DNA from: Fimbriosthenelais zetlandica
Taxonomy: Eukaryota
DNA length: 64,000 nucleotides
Assembly: GCA_977030845.1 (NCBI GenBank)
Contig: OZ365110.1
Span: 18,166,001 to 18,230,000, forward strand
Direction of reading: 5' to 3'
The position numbers were made by a program, and so were the translations under genes. The notes beneath the pieces are model-generated. The model was not told the DNA's origin. It was given only the letters and a program-made list of their open reading frames with translations, and did no database searches. Every line of letters starts with the position of its first letter. The first letter of the stretch is position 1. This document shows, piece after piece, positions 1 through 12,942 of this stretch.

Positions 1-93
1 ATGAAATAAATATGGAAGGCCTATTCATTCATTTTAGTCTCTTGTAATTACTGAATTTTTTTCTTTTATATCCTAACCATTTTTTTTAAACAG

Positions 94-3000
94 GTGGTCA
101 ATTAGTCGACGTTATGCGGAGAAGAGGAAAGTCTTTACCCTGTGACCATGTAGTTCAGGTCTTCTACCAAGCCTGTAAAGCAGTACAACATATGCACAAA
201 CAAAAACCGCCTATTGTTCACAGAGATTTAAAAGTATGTACTATATTTTGAGTCAAATCTCACTTTAGCATAGCCTTTAATTGTAATCCTCAATTTAAAT
301 AAATAGATATTATTATATCAGGAATTAAATATAATATTAGATACACATGTATATATTAGATCAAATTTTTTATTTAGGATGTGTGTTATGAAGACTGCAG
401 TAATGTATGTACTCTGTTTTCAGGTAGAGAATCTGTTGATCAGTGATAGGGGAGTGATTAAACTCTGTGATTTCGGCTCAGCTACGACTACAGCTTACCA
501 CCCGGATGATACATGGTCTGCCACCAAGAGAAGCTTGATAGAGGATGAGGTGAGTTTAGGGATTTCTAAGTATTAAGTTGAGACTAATTTGCAGATAAGT
601 TACTTATTCAGCCGACCCATGGTTTTAAAATAAAAAAGAAATTAGTGCTGACCGACCGGCCCAGAAAATAATTTTCCTGTTACCCCAAACAAAGGTATTA
701 TTTTGTTTAGCTTCATCTGCAAATTAGTCTCAACCATTGATCATCATGTAGATACGAATTTCGGATACCAAGTTAAAAAAGAAATTGACGAAGGAAGGAC
801 GAAATATTTGGGAAAAAATACATAGCCAATAATTTTCTATTTAGGAACCAACTGTGCATGTTGGGAGGTTTCAAATCTCTTACTTCTCCTATGCGAGCAG
901 GCACTCGATAACCTATTGAACGGTGAGGAAACCCCCACGCCCTGATCAATATTTTATTGTTGCAGGCTTTTGAGTGATGCTGACCACTTTGGGGTTTGGT
1001 AGTTAAAAATAACCTATGCGTGTGAATTTTAGTCTTTTGTCTGCGCTTTCTGGTATAAAATGACTTAATCAATCTGTCTGTCTACTAAGTATGGAGTGGC
1101 CTCCCATCTATCCATTCTTCCTCTTATTCTTCGGAGTTCTCACTTTGATTATGTCGTTTGCCTATGGCGTTCCGACTCTTTCTCATAAATCTCCAGAGGG
1201 CAGTAGCGTTCTTCTGGAACCCATGGATCATTTCTGTTGATCAAGAATCCCTTCCCAAACCATATTCCCTTTAAAAATGATTACCTCAGTTGTGAGTGTA
1301 CTGGATCACAGATCGCTCTGTTATGAATTTTCAATTGTGTGCGCCAGATGGGATGATGCGGGTATGCAATGTGGGTAGCAAGTACATAGTACAGCAGTGT
1401 CACCTGTGGTGGGTGGGTGGGGTACCATCCCTCAACACCCAGCACCACCCCCACCACCCGTCCCCACTTACATACCCACCCAACATCCAAATGAGAATAA
1501 ATAGAAAAGCCATACCAGCAGGCTAAATGTAATAGCTATATAGTGCTCCCCCCCTCCTTAAACCGACCACCAAGGGGACCGACCTGAAATGGTCAGTTTA
1601 AGGAGGGTGTCGGTTTAACGGGGGGTGGGGGTGGGTGGGGGCGTGTATACATGTATCTAAATGTATTCATGTTTCAAGATTGCGTTTAATTTTAGATTAT
1701 AGGCTATTAGCTATTACTTGTGTTCGTGATACAGTTGATATTTCTGTTGAATCTGGAGGTACGAATTAAAGGTCACGTCACCTTAAAGCCCAGAATAGGA
1801 ACAAAGCGACTCATTACCAGCATGGAAATGACTGTCAATTATATGGGACATATGAAAAGTGAAATTCTAAAACGTAGTAGGCCATCAGATCTTAAATATC
1901 TATCTGATGTGATACCAGGATAGACTTCAACCAAAATACATTATCGAATAGTGATGAGAGCTTTGTATGTACATGTAAATTGTGAAAATGGCCAAAGCGA
2001 GATGACACTGTTATTTTAGGATTGTCCACAGTTGGTTTTCTCATTAATTCCATAGGACACACTGATAGTAGAGCTTTGCTTTTTACGACCACCACTAAAT
2101 ACCAGTTTGGTTTTTGTACCTCCCACACGTTCATAGAATAATCTGGGCCAGGCATTTGCTTTAGGAAAAATAGATTCATTCAGATGTTTTTTTAAATGCC
2201 AGAAGTTAAAATAAGTCGTTACGTATTTTACATGCTTATCTTTACCTCCTGATTTTGGCACGTTTCCTTTCTCATTACCTGGATTTGACTTAAGATCTGA
2301 TGAAAAACTGTGGTACTATCAGTACTTTTGTGAGACGGTTGCTTGTTCCATTAATAGAGTCATCATAAAACCAGTGGTTTCCAGTAATGGTCCTGAATTT
2401 AGATCAGATCACGGTCTCCTTGCAAGTAAATGCAAAGCCTCGGGTCAAAATGTAGGAGCTTAAATACCACGAATGAAATGCGGTTCGCGACCACATGAAA
2501 GCCAGATTTGAAAATCCTGACATTTTTTTCCTTCACATTATCCATAACCTTTACCGCGCTCCGTGCTTTGGCCTCTCTCAATGTAATTAGCCATTGCCTT
2601 TCACAGGCTCATTTGTGCTTAGGCACAGTCTGCCTATGTCCATTCGCATTTGGTTGAGAAATGAGAAAAACAAAGAATAAATGAGGTAGAAGAAATTAGA
2701 TAGGCGAGCTGATATTAATATCAAAGGTACCACATTCAGTGTTGCAGCAATGAGAGCGCGAGGTGGTCGGTTGTGACAGGAGTGGATTTGGATATTAATC
2801 CGCTATTCTGTGTGTGTCCTCCGGATTACTTCAACTGATATAATAATGAAGCAGATTGTACATTATCTGGTGATGAGGTACCACCATCCCAAGATCTGTC
2901 AATGTAGGAAATTTCCACCTCAGCCTGTGTGCTGTATATGTTTGCCAGAGCTGGTGAAATTAGACGAACCCGGGTCCTTGACATCGGTCATGGTGGTGCA

Positions 3001-6000
3001 GCACCATCCCCGCCTCTGTCGGTGTAAGGGGGTGAAAGACTTTGATATTTACTGTCTCTTTCCTCCTCAGATCGCTAAGAACACTACCCCCATGTACCGG
3101 GCTCCTGAGATGCTGGATCTCTACCAGAACTTTCCCATCACGGAGCAGAGTGATATCTGGGCACTAGGCTGTGTCCTCTTCCTACTCTGCTTTAATGAAC
3201 ACCCGTTTGAGGATTCGGCGAAACTGCGGATCATTAACGCTAATTATAGCATCCCAGCCACCGACACGGACTACACTGTATTCCACGAGCTAATCAGTAG
3301 GTGTTTTTTTTTTGTGTTTTTATATATAACATTTTACATTTTTGTGGGTTGAAATACTTTATTGTAAAAGTTTAGGGAAGATCAATTGGGATCCTGACTC
3401 ATTCACAGAGTATTTTTGAAACCTGAAAAACTATAAAATCAACCCCAGTATTATATCCAATTTCTTATGAAGCGTTACACAATTTAAGCTACAGGTTAGA
3501 CCTATATCAATTATGATAACCTTCATAGATGAATATTATGGATGATATTTGACCATTTTTGTTTTTCACCTTTGTCATTTGTTATTTCATTTTCACAGGG
3601 AACATGTTCAAAATAGATCCTCGTGAAAGGCCCACGATAACAGAACTTGTGTCCAGGTTACAAGAAATCGCAATAGCTCGTAATGTCAGCCTCAAACAAC
3701 AACTCAACCTCACTGATGGCTTCAGCCTCTCGCAAAACAACTGTAAGTATTTACCTTACGTATCGTCGCCCCTTTCATACTTAAAATAACATGTTTTAGA
3801 ATGTTTCGTTAGAGGCTACGCACTCCCCAATTCACACAACTATATCTATCTTGTCCCATCACAAGACCGTCAGCATATCAGATGTGAGTGAACTGAGAAT
3901 GCTACTAAGAAGGCCCCTTATTAAAAGTTCTTCATGTCTTATTGTTCACAGTTATGTAATTTGTGGTTTGTGTAGATGAAGGCAATCATTCCTACTGTCG
4001 GATTATTTTGACAAAGTGGCAGAATCCGAGAGCCTATGACAGGTTTTTACCACTTGGTTCTTAACGATTTTAATGGCTAATTTGGCTCTTAATAATATCT
4101 TTGCGTTTGGTAAATCATTAATGGAATCACCGGATTCTAATTAATTGGACAGCAAATGAAGTTTTAAATCCTATTAGTAATCTTGTTTCAACCCAACATC
4201 CTCAGTTTAACCATTTTGAGAATGGCAGTTGTTGATCATTACATTTTTTTTCTGTTTCGTTAACAGCTGCCCAGCCGAGCCCTAACCACCAGGCCCGCCC
4301 ACCTCGGGAGTCTCCTGACTCAGACTCGGCCAGTAGCAACAGTGGCTATACTCATCCCCAGGCTAACTCCCACCCTCCAGGTGGGGGCGGTGCTGGAGGA
4401 AGCGGAGGAGCTGGAGGAGGAGCTGGAGGAGCAGGTGTTGGGACCTCCACCTGGTTCAACTCAATCAGAGGAGGAGCCGCTAACCTCATGAAAAATGTCA
4501 AGGATGCTTCTTCCAAAGTAGTGGAGACTGTGTCAGCGTGAGTATTATTCTTAGGTATTCAATACAGTTAGATCCCAATAACTTAACAATTGTTGTGAAT
4601 CATTATTAATTAGCTCTGCTCAACAGAGCTGATGGAGTTGTCAAATAGTAATGTCAGGATATATTGATATTATGGGAAATAGAAGAATTCAATTAATGTT
4701 ATCTTAACGGTATAGATATCTTTTGAATTCGTATCTCATTTTCCGAAATATTTAACCTGAATAATTATATAAAATGTTTTTTCATTTTTCCACAGTACAA
4801 TAAACAAGACAGATTTGGATTTCTCCTACATTACATCGCGTGTGACAGTCATGTCGTACCCAGCAGAGGGTATGGAGTCAGCCATAAAGAACCACATTGA
4901 CGATGTACGAGGCTTCCTTGACACCCGCCACCCTAATTCTTATGCTGTGTATAACCTCTCACAGCGCTCCTATAGGGTGGCCAAGTTCCAGAACCGAGTC
5001 TCGGAATGCGGCTGGAACCAACGCAAGGCCCCGACCCTGCATAATCTGTTCGCCATCTGTAAGAACATGCATCTCTGGCTTCGACAGGGACCCAAAAACT
5101 TAGTTGTTGTTCACTGCCTGGTATGTACAATATTTGGGGACATTATAAACAAATTTATATTGAATATTAAAATTTGATTCTTTTCGATCTTATTGCTTAT
5201 GTCAGGAGCCTGATTAACCATTTTGTACTGAACGTTTATGTTTTTGTTTTATTTTGCTGTGTCAAGATCTTCACGTTCAATGATCATTATTTCAGGATGG
5301 GAAGGCCATCTCGGCTACTGTTATTTGTGCTTTCCTGTGCTATGTTCGTCTCTTTGATAATCCTGACGATGCCCTCCAAATGTTCGCTGTGCGAAGAATT
5401 CCTCCTGTTGTTTCCCCTTCTCAACGTCGGTAAGTAAATCATTGTTTCTTTTTCTTATTTTTCAATTAGAAAATATTCATTATCACAGGCTCTTTTCATA
5501 CAGATTATTGCATTTATGTTACGCACCTCTAACAATATTTTAGCATTGAGTAATGTTAATGACGTCAATTTTATTTTGCAGTTACATCGGTTATATGTGT
5601 GAAATGCTGGGCGAGGAGCCAAGGATGCCCCACAACAGGGCTGTTATGCTTGTCTCTGTCTCTCTCTGTCCTGTACCATTGTTTAATCGTATGAAGTAAG
5701 TATAACCACCTATCGTTATTGGATCTTGGTTTAAGCAAAGAATGTATAATATTGTCTTCAGGATTTAATCTGGTCATTTCTAATGATCCTTCTGTGCCTT
5801 TTCAGGAACGGTTGTAGACCATTTGTAGAAGTTTTCCGCGGAGAAGATCGTATACTTTCTACGTCTCAAGAATATGAGAACATGAGGTGAATTTCTCATT
5901 TATTTTAGTTTAAATACCATTTTACTCGTCATTGCGTCTGGACTAGTGCCATTTCGACCCCTGGAAAACCACATTTCGGTCAATATCACGCTTCAATACA

Positions 6001-9000
6001 TTCGTTTTTCAGAGGATTTACAACAGAGGATGGAAAAGCCACCATCCCTCTCAATATTCAAGCTAACGGGGATATTACGATAGTTGTATACCATGCACGG
6101 TCTACATTTGGAGGCAAAGTTCAAGGAAAGGTATATACAATTTATTTGTCTTACATATTTGTGCATTGTCCAACAGTACCTTACTGGTAATGGTATGAAA
6201 TATGGTCAGATTGTCATATATTCAGAAACTTATTTTTTTCCCTTTCAGATCACATCGATGAAGATGGCACAGGTACAGTTCCACACCGGATTTATCCAAC
6301 CAGAAGCCAAGTCACTTATGTATCCACTGTAAGATATTTTGATATTGTCTCATTATATGAACCCTAAAACCGTTAGAATTATATATTTTTGTACAAGCAA
6401 TTGAGCTGCTTGAAAGAGGAAGCCAATATTTTTATACATACATGAACTAGTTTGATTTTTGACATATCACATAATGTTTGTACAACTTGTTAAACTGATT
6501 GGCTTTTTTTTCCAGGAGAGATTTAGATTATCCCGATTCTGCTGACAAGTTCCCTGAACAGTTCAGGATGGTTGTAGATGTAGTGGTCTCGCCCAAAGAA
6601 CGGCCTCCAGTCGACCAAAGCCTGCCGTGGGAATCCTTCACTGGCAAAGGCGTTAATCCCAAGATAATGTTCTCCACCCGTGAAGAGCAACAAGAAGTTA
6701 TGCAAGAATTCAGTATGTTTCATTGTTTTATTTCTTTCTTCAAAAATAAATATTTTTTAAGGAATTTCAGATATATTTATTGAAACCTTTTACTCCCAAT
6801 TTTTTTTTTTTTTTTATTTATTTAGGATATTTATACAGCGAACAACGGGGTCGTAGGCTCACGGGGCACAATGAATGTGGCTATTCCATGGTATTCTGCC
6901 TATTATATATGCTTAAATTGTTATTTACTCTTCCTCTTGTTTCAATAATAGGTGTCTCACAGAGAGCCAAGCGGAAACTGGCCAGATCAGGCAGTGCGAG
7001 TTCCAATGAGTATAGTCAGGATGAGCAAGGTGGACCTGTCCCAGGCAGTAAACCATCCCAACCCAGTACCGACAGCCCTGCCAGCCAGCGCAAACAACCC
7101 CCGACTAGACCTCCCCCACCCAAAGGTGCAGCTGAACAAAACAAACCCAAGGCCAGCTTCTTTGAGACTCTTGACTGGAAGGAGGAAGGAGAGGGATTGC
7201 TGGAGAGTGATGAGGAGACCAGACGTCCCAGGAATGACAGTGTTGAAGATGGTTTTTCTGATCTCTCAACCACACGGCAACAAAAAGAGGAGAACTTGCT
7301 GGATGGTGACTTCCCTGCTCCCGAGACTGTAGATCTGTTGAATATCAATTCTTCAGCTCCTGCCGCCTCGAATGGAGGCCCTGCAATAGATAAGCTCAGT
7401 GGTGGCATGAATCTCTTAGACATGGCTGGCCCAGAACCTACAACACTGGAGCTCCTCACTGGGGTAGCTGAACCCGCTCAACCCAGTGGGAACAAACAGG
7501 CGGCTAATCTCTTAGACGATGGCTTTGATTTCTTTGGTGGGTCTAGTGAAGAGAAGCCTGCAGCCACTCAGAACAAAACTAGTAATAATACCTTTGATCC
7601 CTTCCAGTCTGTACCTGCACAGGGATCCCCGAAACCACCACGGCCAAGCCAACCACCAAAAACTGCCTCATCGTCAGCCACCAATAAAGAAGGATCTGGA
7701 CTCGATTTCTTTGATCCTTTCCAAGACTTCAAAGGTGCTCCACCCACTCAGTCTAAGAGCACTGGTGATATTCTTGGTCTCGGGGGTGGGGCCAAGCCAG
7801 CAGCCAGTGTCAGTAACGCCGGTAGTGCTGCCACGGACGACTTAATGGGCAGCTGGGGAAGCAGTGGGGGAACGCACCCTGCTACCAGCCCTGGATTTGT
7901 AGGGTCTGGAGGACCGATGGGCATGGGAGGGATCCCTCAGAGGACCCAGCCCAGTCCCATGGGTGGACCTCCCCCGAAATCTAACGATCCTTTCGCTGAT
8001 CTAGGTGAGTTGAATCAAAATTTCATGGTCCAATTGATTCCTTCTTCTTCTTTATTTATTTATTCAACTATTTTACAAGAATAAAAAAAGAATCCATAAT
8101 AATTACTTTATCATATCTATTACATATCACTTTTGATATGTACATAGAGAATCTTTGAATATAACGGCACTGGATTAATGATTGGATTTTCCCGTTCTTG
8201 TAGGTAATTTATCAGGGTTTGGCGGAGGAGGCGCTGGTAGTCAGATGAAGAATATGCCAGCTGGTAGTGGTACAAACAGTAGAGGCAGCCCTCTCCATAT
8301 GACAGCTCAGTCAGGAGGAGGGGGAGGAGGAGCAGGAACAGGAACAGGAACAGGATCCTGGCAGCAGAGCCCCATGCATCAGGCCAACTATGGGGGAGGT
8401 CAGATTTCTTTGCTTATATTTTCAGTTTCATTTCTCATCGTCAACTATCTGCGACCTGGTTTTAGGAATTTGAGAGTAGCATGATGATAATAATTATTGT
8501 TTTTAAATGATTCTCTATTATTTCAGGGAACTGGCCGAGTTCAGCGCAGAAGCCCTCACCTCAGCCCTCCCCGAGCCAACCCCATCCACCCAAACCTAAC
8601 TATACCAACACTGGTAGCTTCTCGGTTATAGGTGGTCGGGAGGATCGGGGAGTGAAGAAACCTTCAGGTAAACTTTGCCTTCTGCATTGGACGCCAGTGA
8701 AATTTTTTCTGTTTCACTTTCAATGTCATAAATTGGTCTGCATTTGATTGAGCACCATAATATTATATATACTGGTATCTATATATTGGTACTAATTAAA
8801 TACACATTTATATCGTGTACCTGCTAAATTAAAGTCAGTTTGGCCAGTACTTATGACTGCTTATGATATTTATACTTATATCTCTTTTATCTATTGATCA
8901 TTTTCAGGTCCTAAGCCCAAAGTTGGCGCTGATGCCTTTGAAGATCTACTAGGCGGCCAGCAGTTCAGTAGCGCCTCTAAAAGGAACGAACCAAAGACCA

Positions 9001-9795
9001 TAAAAGACATGCGTAAAGATGATCTGTCTCAAAACCTTAGTCCTGAAGCCTTCAAGGTATGTGATAAGTAATAATTATTATGGGATTCGTCATGAAACTT
9101 ATAGTCTGTCCAAACTAAATTGGACCGAAAACACCATGGAAATGTACTGTGGTTTCGGTCCAACTTAGGTTGGACAGACTGTAGTATGCTTTCACTTCTT
9201 ATATACCAAGCGAGAAAAAGGCAAACTTTACATACGATGTGTAAGTCTTAAGTTAGTAAACATTTCCTGCAGCCTTTTAACAGTAAAATGCTCAATTACA
9301 GGTCCGAGAATGGATCGAAGGAAAAGAAAGGAACATACGTGCCCTGCTCTGCTCCCTGAAGTCTGTGCTGTGGGAGGGTGAACCTCGGTGGAAGGATTGT
9401 GGCATGCATCAATTAGTCACCGCAGATCAAGTGAAAAAAGCTTATCGAAAGGCAGTGCTGGTCGTGCATCCAGACAAGGTAACTCACTTAATGTTAACTG
9501 ATCGACATTTTCTTTACTTTAAGGTAGTCCTTCGGGATTAAAAGCTTTAAGGTAGTGATTACTTTCACTTGTCCATCCATTAAGATAGTCCATTAAAATC
9601 TCACTGAATTTGTACACAAAATTTTCCCCGTTTTTTTCTTTACTCAATCGATCTATTGACAGAGTAGGAACGTTTTCAATTGTTTTTCAGTTGACAGGTC
9701 AACCGCATGAAGAGCTCGCACGTCTGATCTTTATAGAACTCAACGATGCCTGGTCAGAGTTTGAAGAACAAGGCAGTCAATCATTGTACCAGTGA
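94..9795 (+). CDS. GAK: Cyclin G-associated kinase / auxilin (NAK kinase, PTEN-like, C2, clathrin-binding and J domains); 5'-partial, 18 exons in window
   Basis: Exons 94-233, 424-549, 3071-3296, 3599-3742, 4267-4537, 4796-5120, 5296-5429, 5582-5695, 5806-5886, 6013-6130, 6249-6328, 6516-6712, 6952-8004, 8204-8398, 8527-8667, 8908-9056, 9302-9478, 9691-9795. All introns are GT-AG and frame-consistent. Peptides [63 protein letters not shown] and [16 protein letters not shown] match the recalled GAK/auxilin sequence. Confidence 0.97.
601..715 (-). mobile_element. Fragment of a dispersed MITE-like repeat, related to the copy at 25028-25335
   Basis: Reverse complement reads ...TTTGTTTGGGGTAAC..AAAATTATTTT..GGTCGGTC, which aligns by eye with TTTGTTTCGGGTCAC..AATAATTTTTT..GGGTCGGCA at about 25041-25084. 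Confidence 0.45.
1554..1620. mobile_element. Fold-back fragment, probably a DNA-transposon (MITE) remnant
   Basis: CTCCTTAAACCGACC ... GGTCAGTTTAAGGAG inverted repeat inside the long GAK intron. Confidence 0.35.
4796..6712 (+). other. GAK: GAK PTEN-like (tensin-type) phosphatase domain plus C2 domain
   Basis: [28 protein letters not shown]|[26 protein letters not shown]. Confidence 0.93.
9102..9181. mobile_element. 80-bp Tc1/mariner-type MITE (fold-back)
   Basis: Arms of about 29 bp (TAGTCTGTCCAAACTAAATTGGACCGAAA / TTTCGGTCCAACTTAGGTTGGACAGACTG, 26/29 complementary), flanked by TA at 9100-9101 and 9182-9183. Confidence 0.75.
9302..9795 (+). other. GAK: GAK C-terminal J domain (Hsc70 cofactor)
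   Basis: HPD motif at 9467-9475 within [17 protein letters not shown]. Confidence 0.95.
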
Positions 9796-12538
9796 TCTAT
9801 AAGTGTGTATATAAACAAATAATAGGTTGGTAGATTGCTATGAAGAAATTAGTTATAAAAATTATAGATAAATATAAATGATATATAATTCACCCCAGTA
9901 TGATAAGCACATCCTGTATTGTATTGCTCATGGGCACTTGTTCGTATGGACTGGCTATAGGGTTGAATGTTGAGAGGTCAGTGCATGTACCGGTATATCC
10001 TAAAATTATAACTATGCTGTGGATAGGTGCCCATCAGCAAATGACTTTACCTGTCACATAGTCCTCATTCCCAAGCATAAACTATAATAACTAGTATCTT
10101 GTTAGATGTGTAGCAAGAGAACCTAGAGAAAGTAGTTGTGACATTTAGCCGCGTATTTGTTCTAGGAAGGTATTGAATGGGTCTTGTATATAATATTAAA
10201 ACACTAGGCAATGCTCGATGATGGGATACTTCTTCCAGATTCCTTTCTTATCTTCTGTTCTGCTACACTTCTGTCACTGCGAGACGGTGCACCTTAGAGC
10301 CTTCCTTGTTCTGTGCTGGTCATGTCTCATTCATTAACCATTAAGAGATTTGTTTAAAAATTTATTTTGTTAGAAACCGTGCCAGTAAAATGTGTCTTGC
10401 GTTTGCCTAAACCCTTATGAAAATCCATTGGTTCGCATAAAGTACTTAGTAATATTTTTTTTTATTTCACGGGCATTTTAACATAATATTTGGTAATAAT
10501 GTATTATTACAATTATACGTAATAATTATTGACCCATATATGGGTGGAGAAATGAGAAATCATTCCAAGTGATCACGATTATGACTACTGAAATAAAAAA
10601 TCCATGAACTGCATTCCAATTTAAATACCAACAAACATACTTATAGAACTAAGTTTTAACTTTGGTAATTGTCATCATTGGGACTATAAGTTTGAAAACC
10701 ATTAACAACTACTACTTAAAATCCTAAGTATCTAAAAGAAATTACCCTGATTTGTCTCGGGAGTGACCTATTTAACGTTAAAATGAATTCGGATACATGT
10801 ATGTAGCTATAGACGGGAACAAACCTAGGTCCCTTGTTCCTATCCTTTATGCAATATTATATTTATTCAGCGTGGTCAAAATCTTCCAGCTGAAGGAAGT
10901 GACTGTATTGTCACAGTAGTGACAGTACATAGTGTTGGCGTCACTAGATATGATTTAAATACCTGTCGTTCATTTATTTAACGTAATTATTTTAATTACG
11001 AGAAAATGTGCAATTATTATCAGATAATCCTTTACATGACATCAATGATTTGTGACTATAATCAATTCTGGAATATTTGGCTCTTTGCAACTCTCTGCAA
11101 AATCTTAACTTATGTTATATGGTTGGGTCTTTTAAGGGAGATATTTAGGCCTGCTATATAGTATTATCATTCCAGAAGAATCTGTAACATTTTGGTATGT
11201 GTTCTAGTGATGTTTAGTATGCGGTAACTGGTGATGTATGGAGTAGATCTTTTCCACATTATAGACCTGCATGACTTGGGTTGGCACTCTATATCGGAGA
11301 GAAGGTGGGGAGTGGGTGCACAGACCCAAACCGGAGGTTGTGACTGTATATAATCCGGTCTGTGATGTGTTGCTTTTAGTCAAAAAAATAGTGATCGTGG
11401 AAAGATACAATCCCCGCCCCAGTCAGTGTTGACCAGTCTAGATTCAACTATAGAACCATGAGTAGTTCTCGACTGTAGTCTTAGAGGAAAGAATATAATC
11501 AATTATTATACAAAATAAAATACATATGAAGGAAATGAATCCTGTAGAGTGAGGGACGATCAAAATGTTTTCTAGTGGTTATCACCTGCAGCTGTAACAC
11601 AGGAAATATATTATTTAAGATGAGTGCTGCACAGAGCATATAAACAGCTGAGTGACTATTTCAAAACGCATTCGTTTCGTTCAACAAGCATTATCAGCCG
11701 AATGGTTAGCGGAGGATTGTTGAAAACAATATCATATTTTCTTTCTGAATACAGACCTGAATCTTGCCTTTTCGCCCCAATAATTAAATGAGGTTCGCAT
11801 AAGAAAGCCACTCCCTGGGATCTCTATGCATTATGACAGAAAAAAATATATATGAAGATAAGAGGAGTATATATAGAAGAAAATCCTTGACGTCAAGGTT
11901 TAAGTTAGCTGAAGGCCTATCATAGTTATGACAGTCTCATATTTTATTTCAAGACAGTTTTTAACAAATGTATCTTCTGAATTAGAATACACAGTCTATT
12001 AAGAAGTCTTAGTAGACCATAAGTATGTCCACCTTGCTTGTACATTCCAACCAACATGTAGTATTTAGCCTTTGCTTACACTTTCTCAATATAGAAAGCC
12101 AGTCTCAAGTTCAAGTGTATTTATTATTAGGTATTGGAACTAGAATGGGCTTTCCTTAATGAAACTCACAAATTCTCGTGTGATAGAATCGTGTCTTTGT
12201 TGCTTAATATGGGCCCAGTCTTATTATTAAATTGTTATTAATAATGCGCACTTAGAGATTTTTTTCAAGGGCTGTGTTGAGCAATATAATAGTGTGTATA
12301 ATATGGGAATAGAAGTTCCGATGAAATCAGAAGCTGTGGATGTCAACCAATATCATCATGAACTTGTAATTTTGTATGCAAGCTACTGTGTACATGATAA
12401 GTTTATGTTCTCAAACATTCCCTGAAGACCATGACTATAATCAACTGAGAATAGTAGCATACAGGCATATAAATAAGCTGACAGTGGTAGGCAATGATAA
12501 TATATATTATAAGTAAGATGTGTATATATTTAATCTCT

Positions 12539-12544
12539 AATAAA
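12539..12544 (+). terminator. Candidate distal GAK poly(A) signal (AATAAA)
   Basis: AATAAA near the HAUS3 3' end. Other AATAAA hexamers occur earlier in the long 3' region, so usage is unknown. Confidence 0.3.
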
Positions 12545-12942
12545 TTCTGTGAGGAAAACAGAATAATGAGCTGCATTATATACTCGTCATCAGACAGGCT
12601 GGTGATTTCAAGGCGATGAATAAAGATATAGATTGTAGAACACAACTCCTCTATAGTCTTCGAGTTTTTGATCACCAGAATCTGGTTTCAATAGAAATTT
12701 TCAACAAATTCATGAACTAATAAATAACAAATGAAATAATAGTTTCCCCCTTGATGCCATGACAACACCATGTACCATATCCACTAAGAAATTAGGAAGA
12801 ATGAAAGTTTCAAAATCTATTAAACACATATTCACATTCAAATAAGTGACGAATACAACTTTTGGTTCCAAAATTTCCATCATAAACGTTGGATCAAAGA
12901 TATCTGTAACAATTAATTAGCTTGATGCTGGAGCTCCATAGA

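Larger units (their letters stand above)
94..3742 (+). other. GAK: GAK NAK-family Ser/Thr kinase domain (C-terminal part)
   Basis: HRDLK catalytic loop (exon 94-233), DFG (exon 424-549), and TTPMYRAPE plus DIWALG (exon 3071-3296). Confidence 0.95.

Noticed and set aside
71-93. TCCTAAC 17 nt upstream of a GAK acceptor, resembling a U12 branch site
   Set aside because: It also fits the ordinary U2 branch consensus and the donor is outside the window. All modelled introns have U2-type GT-AG ends.
773-1270. Minus-strand 99-aa ORF and adjacent sequence as a possible Penelope/LINE remnant
   Set aside because: No convincing RT or GIY-YIG motif in any frame I translated.
2810-3070. N-terminal half of the 180-aa ORF, and a GTGATGA C-box-like motif near 2871
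   Set aside because: It is intronic sequence upstream of the true acceptor at 3070, and no suitably placed D box was found.
7016-7459. Antisense and alternate-frame ORFs over the large GAK exon
   Set aside because: Shadow ORFs of a GC-richer, low-complexity coding exon.
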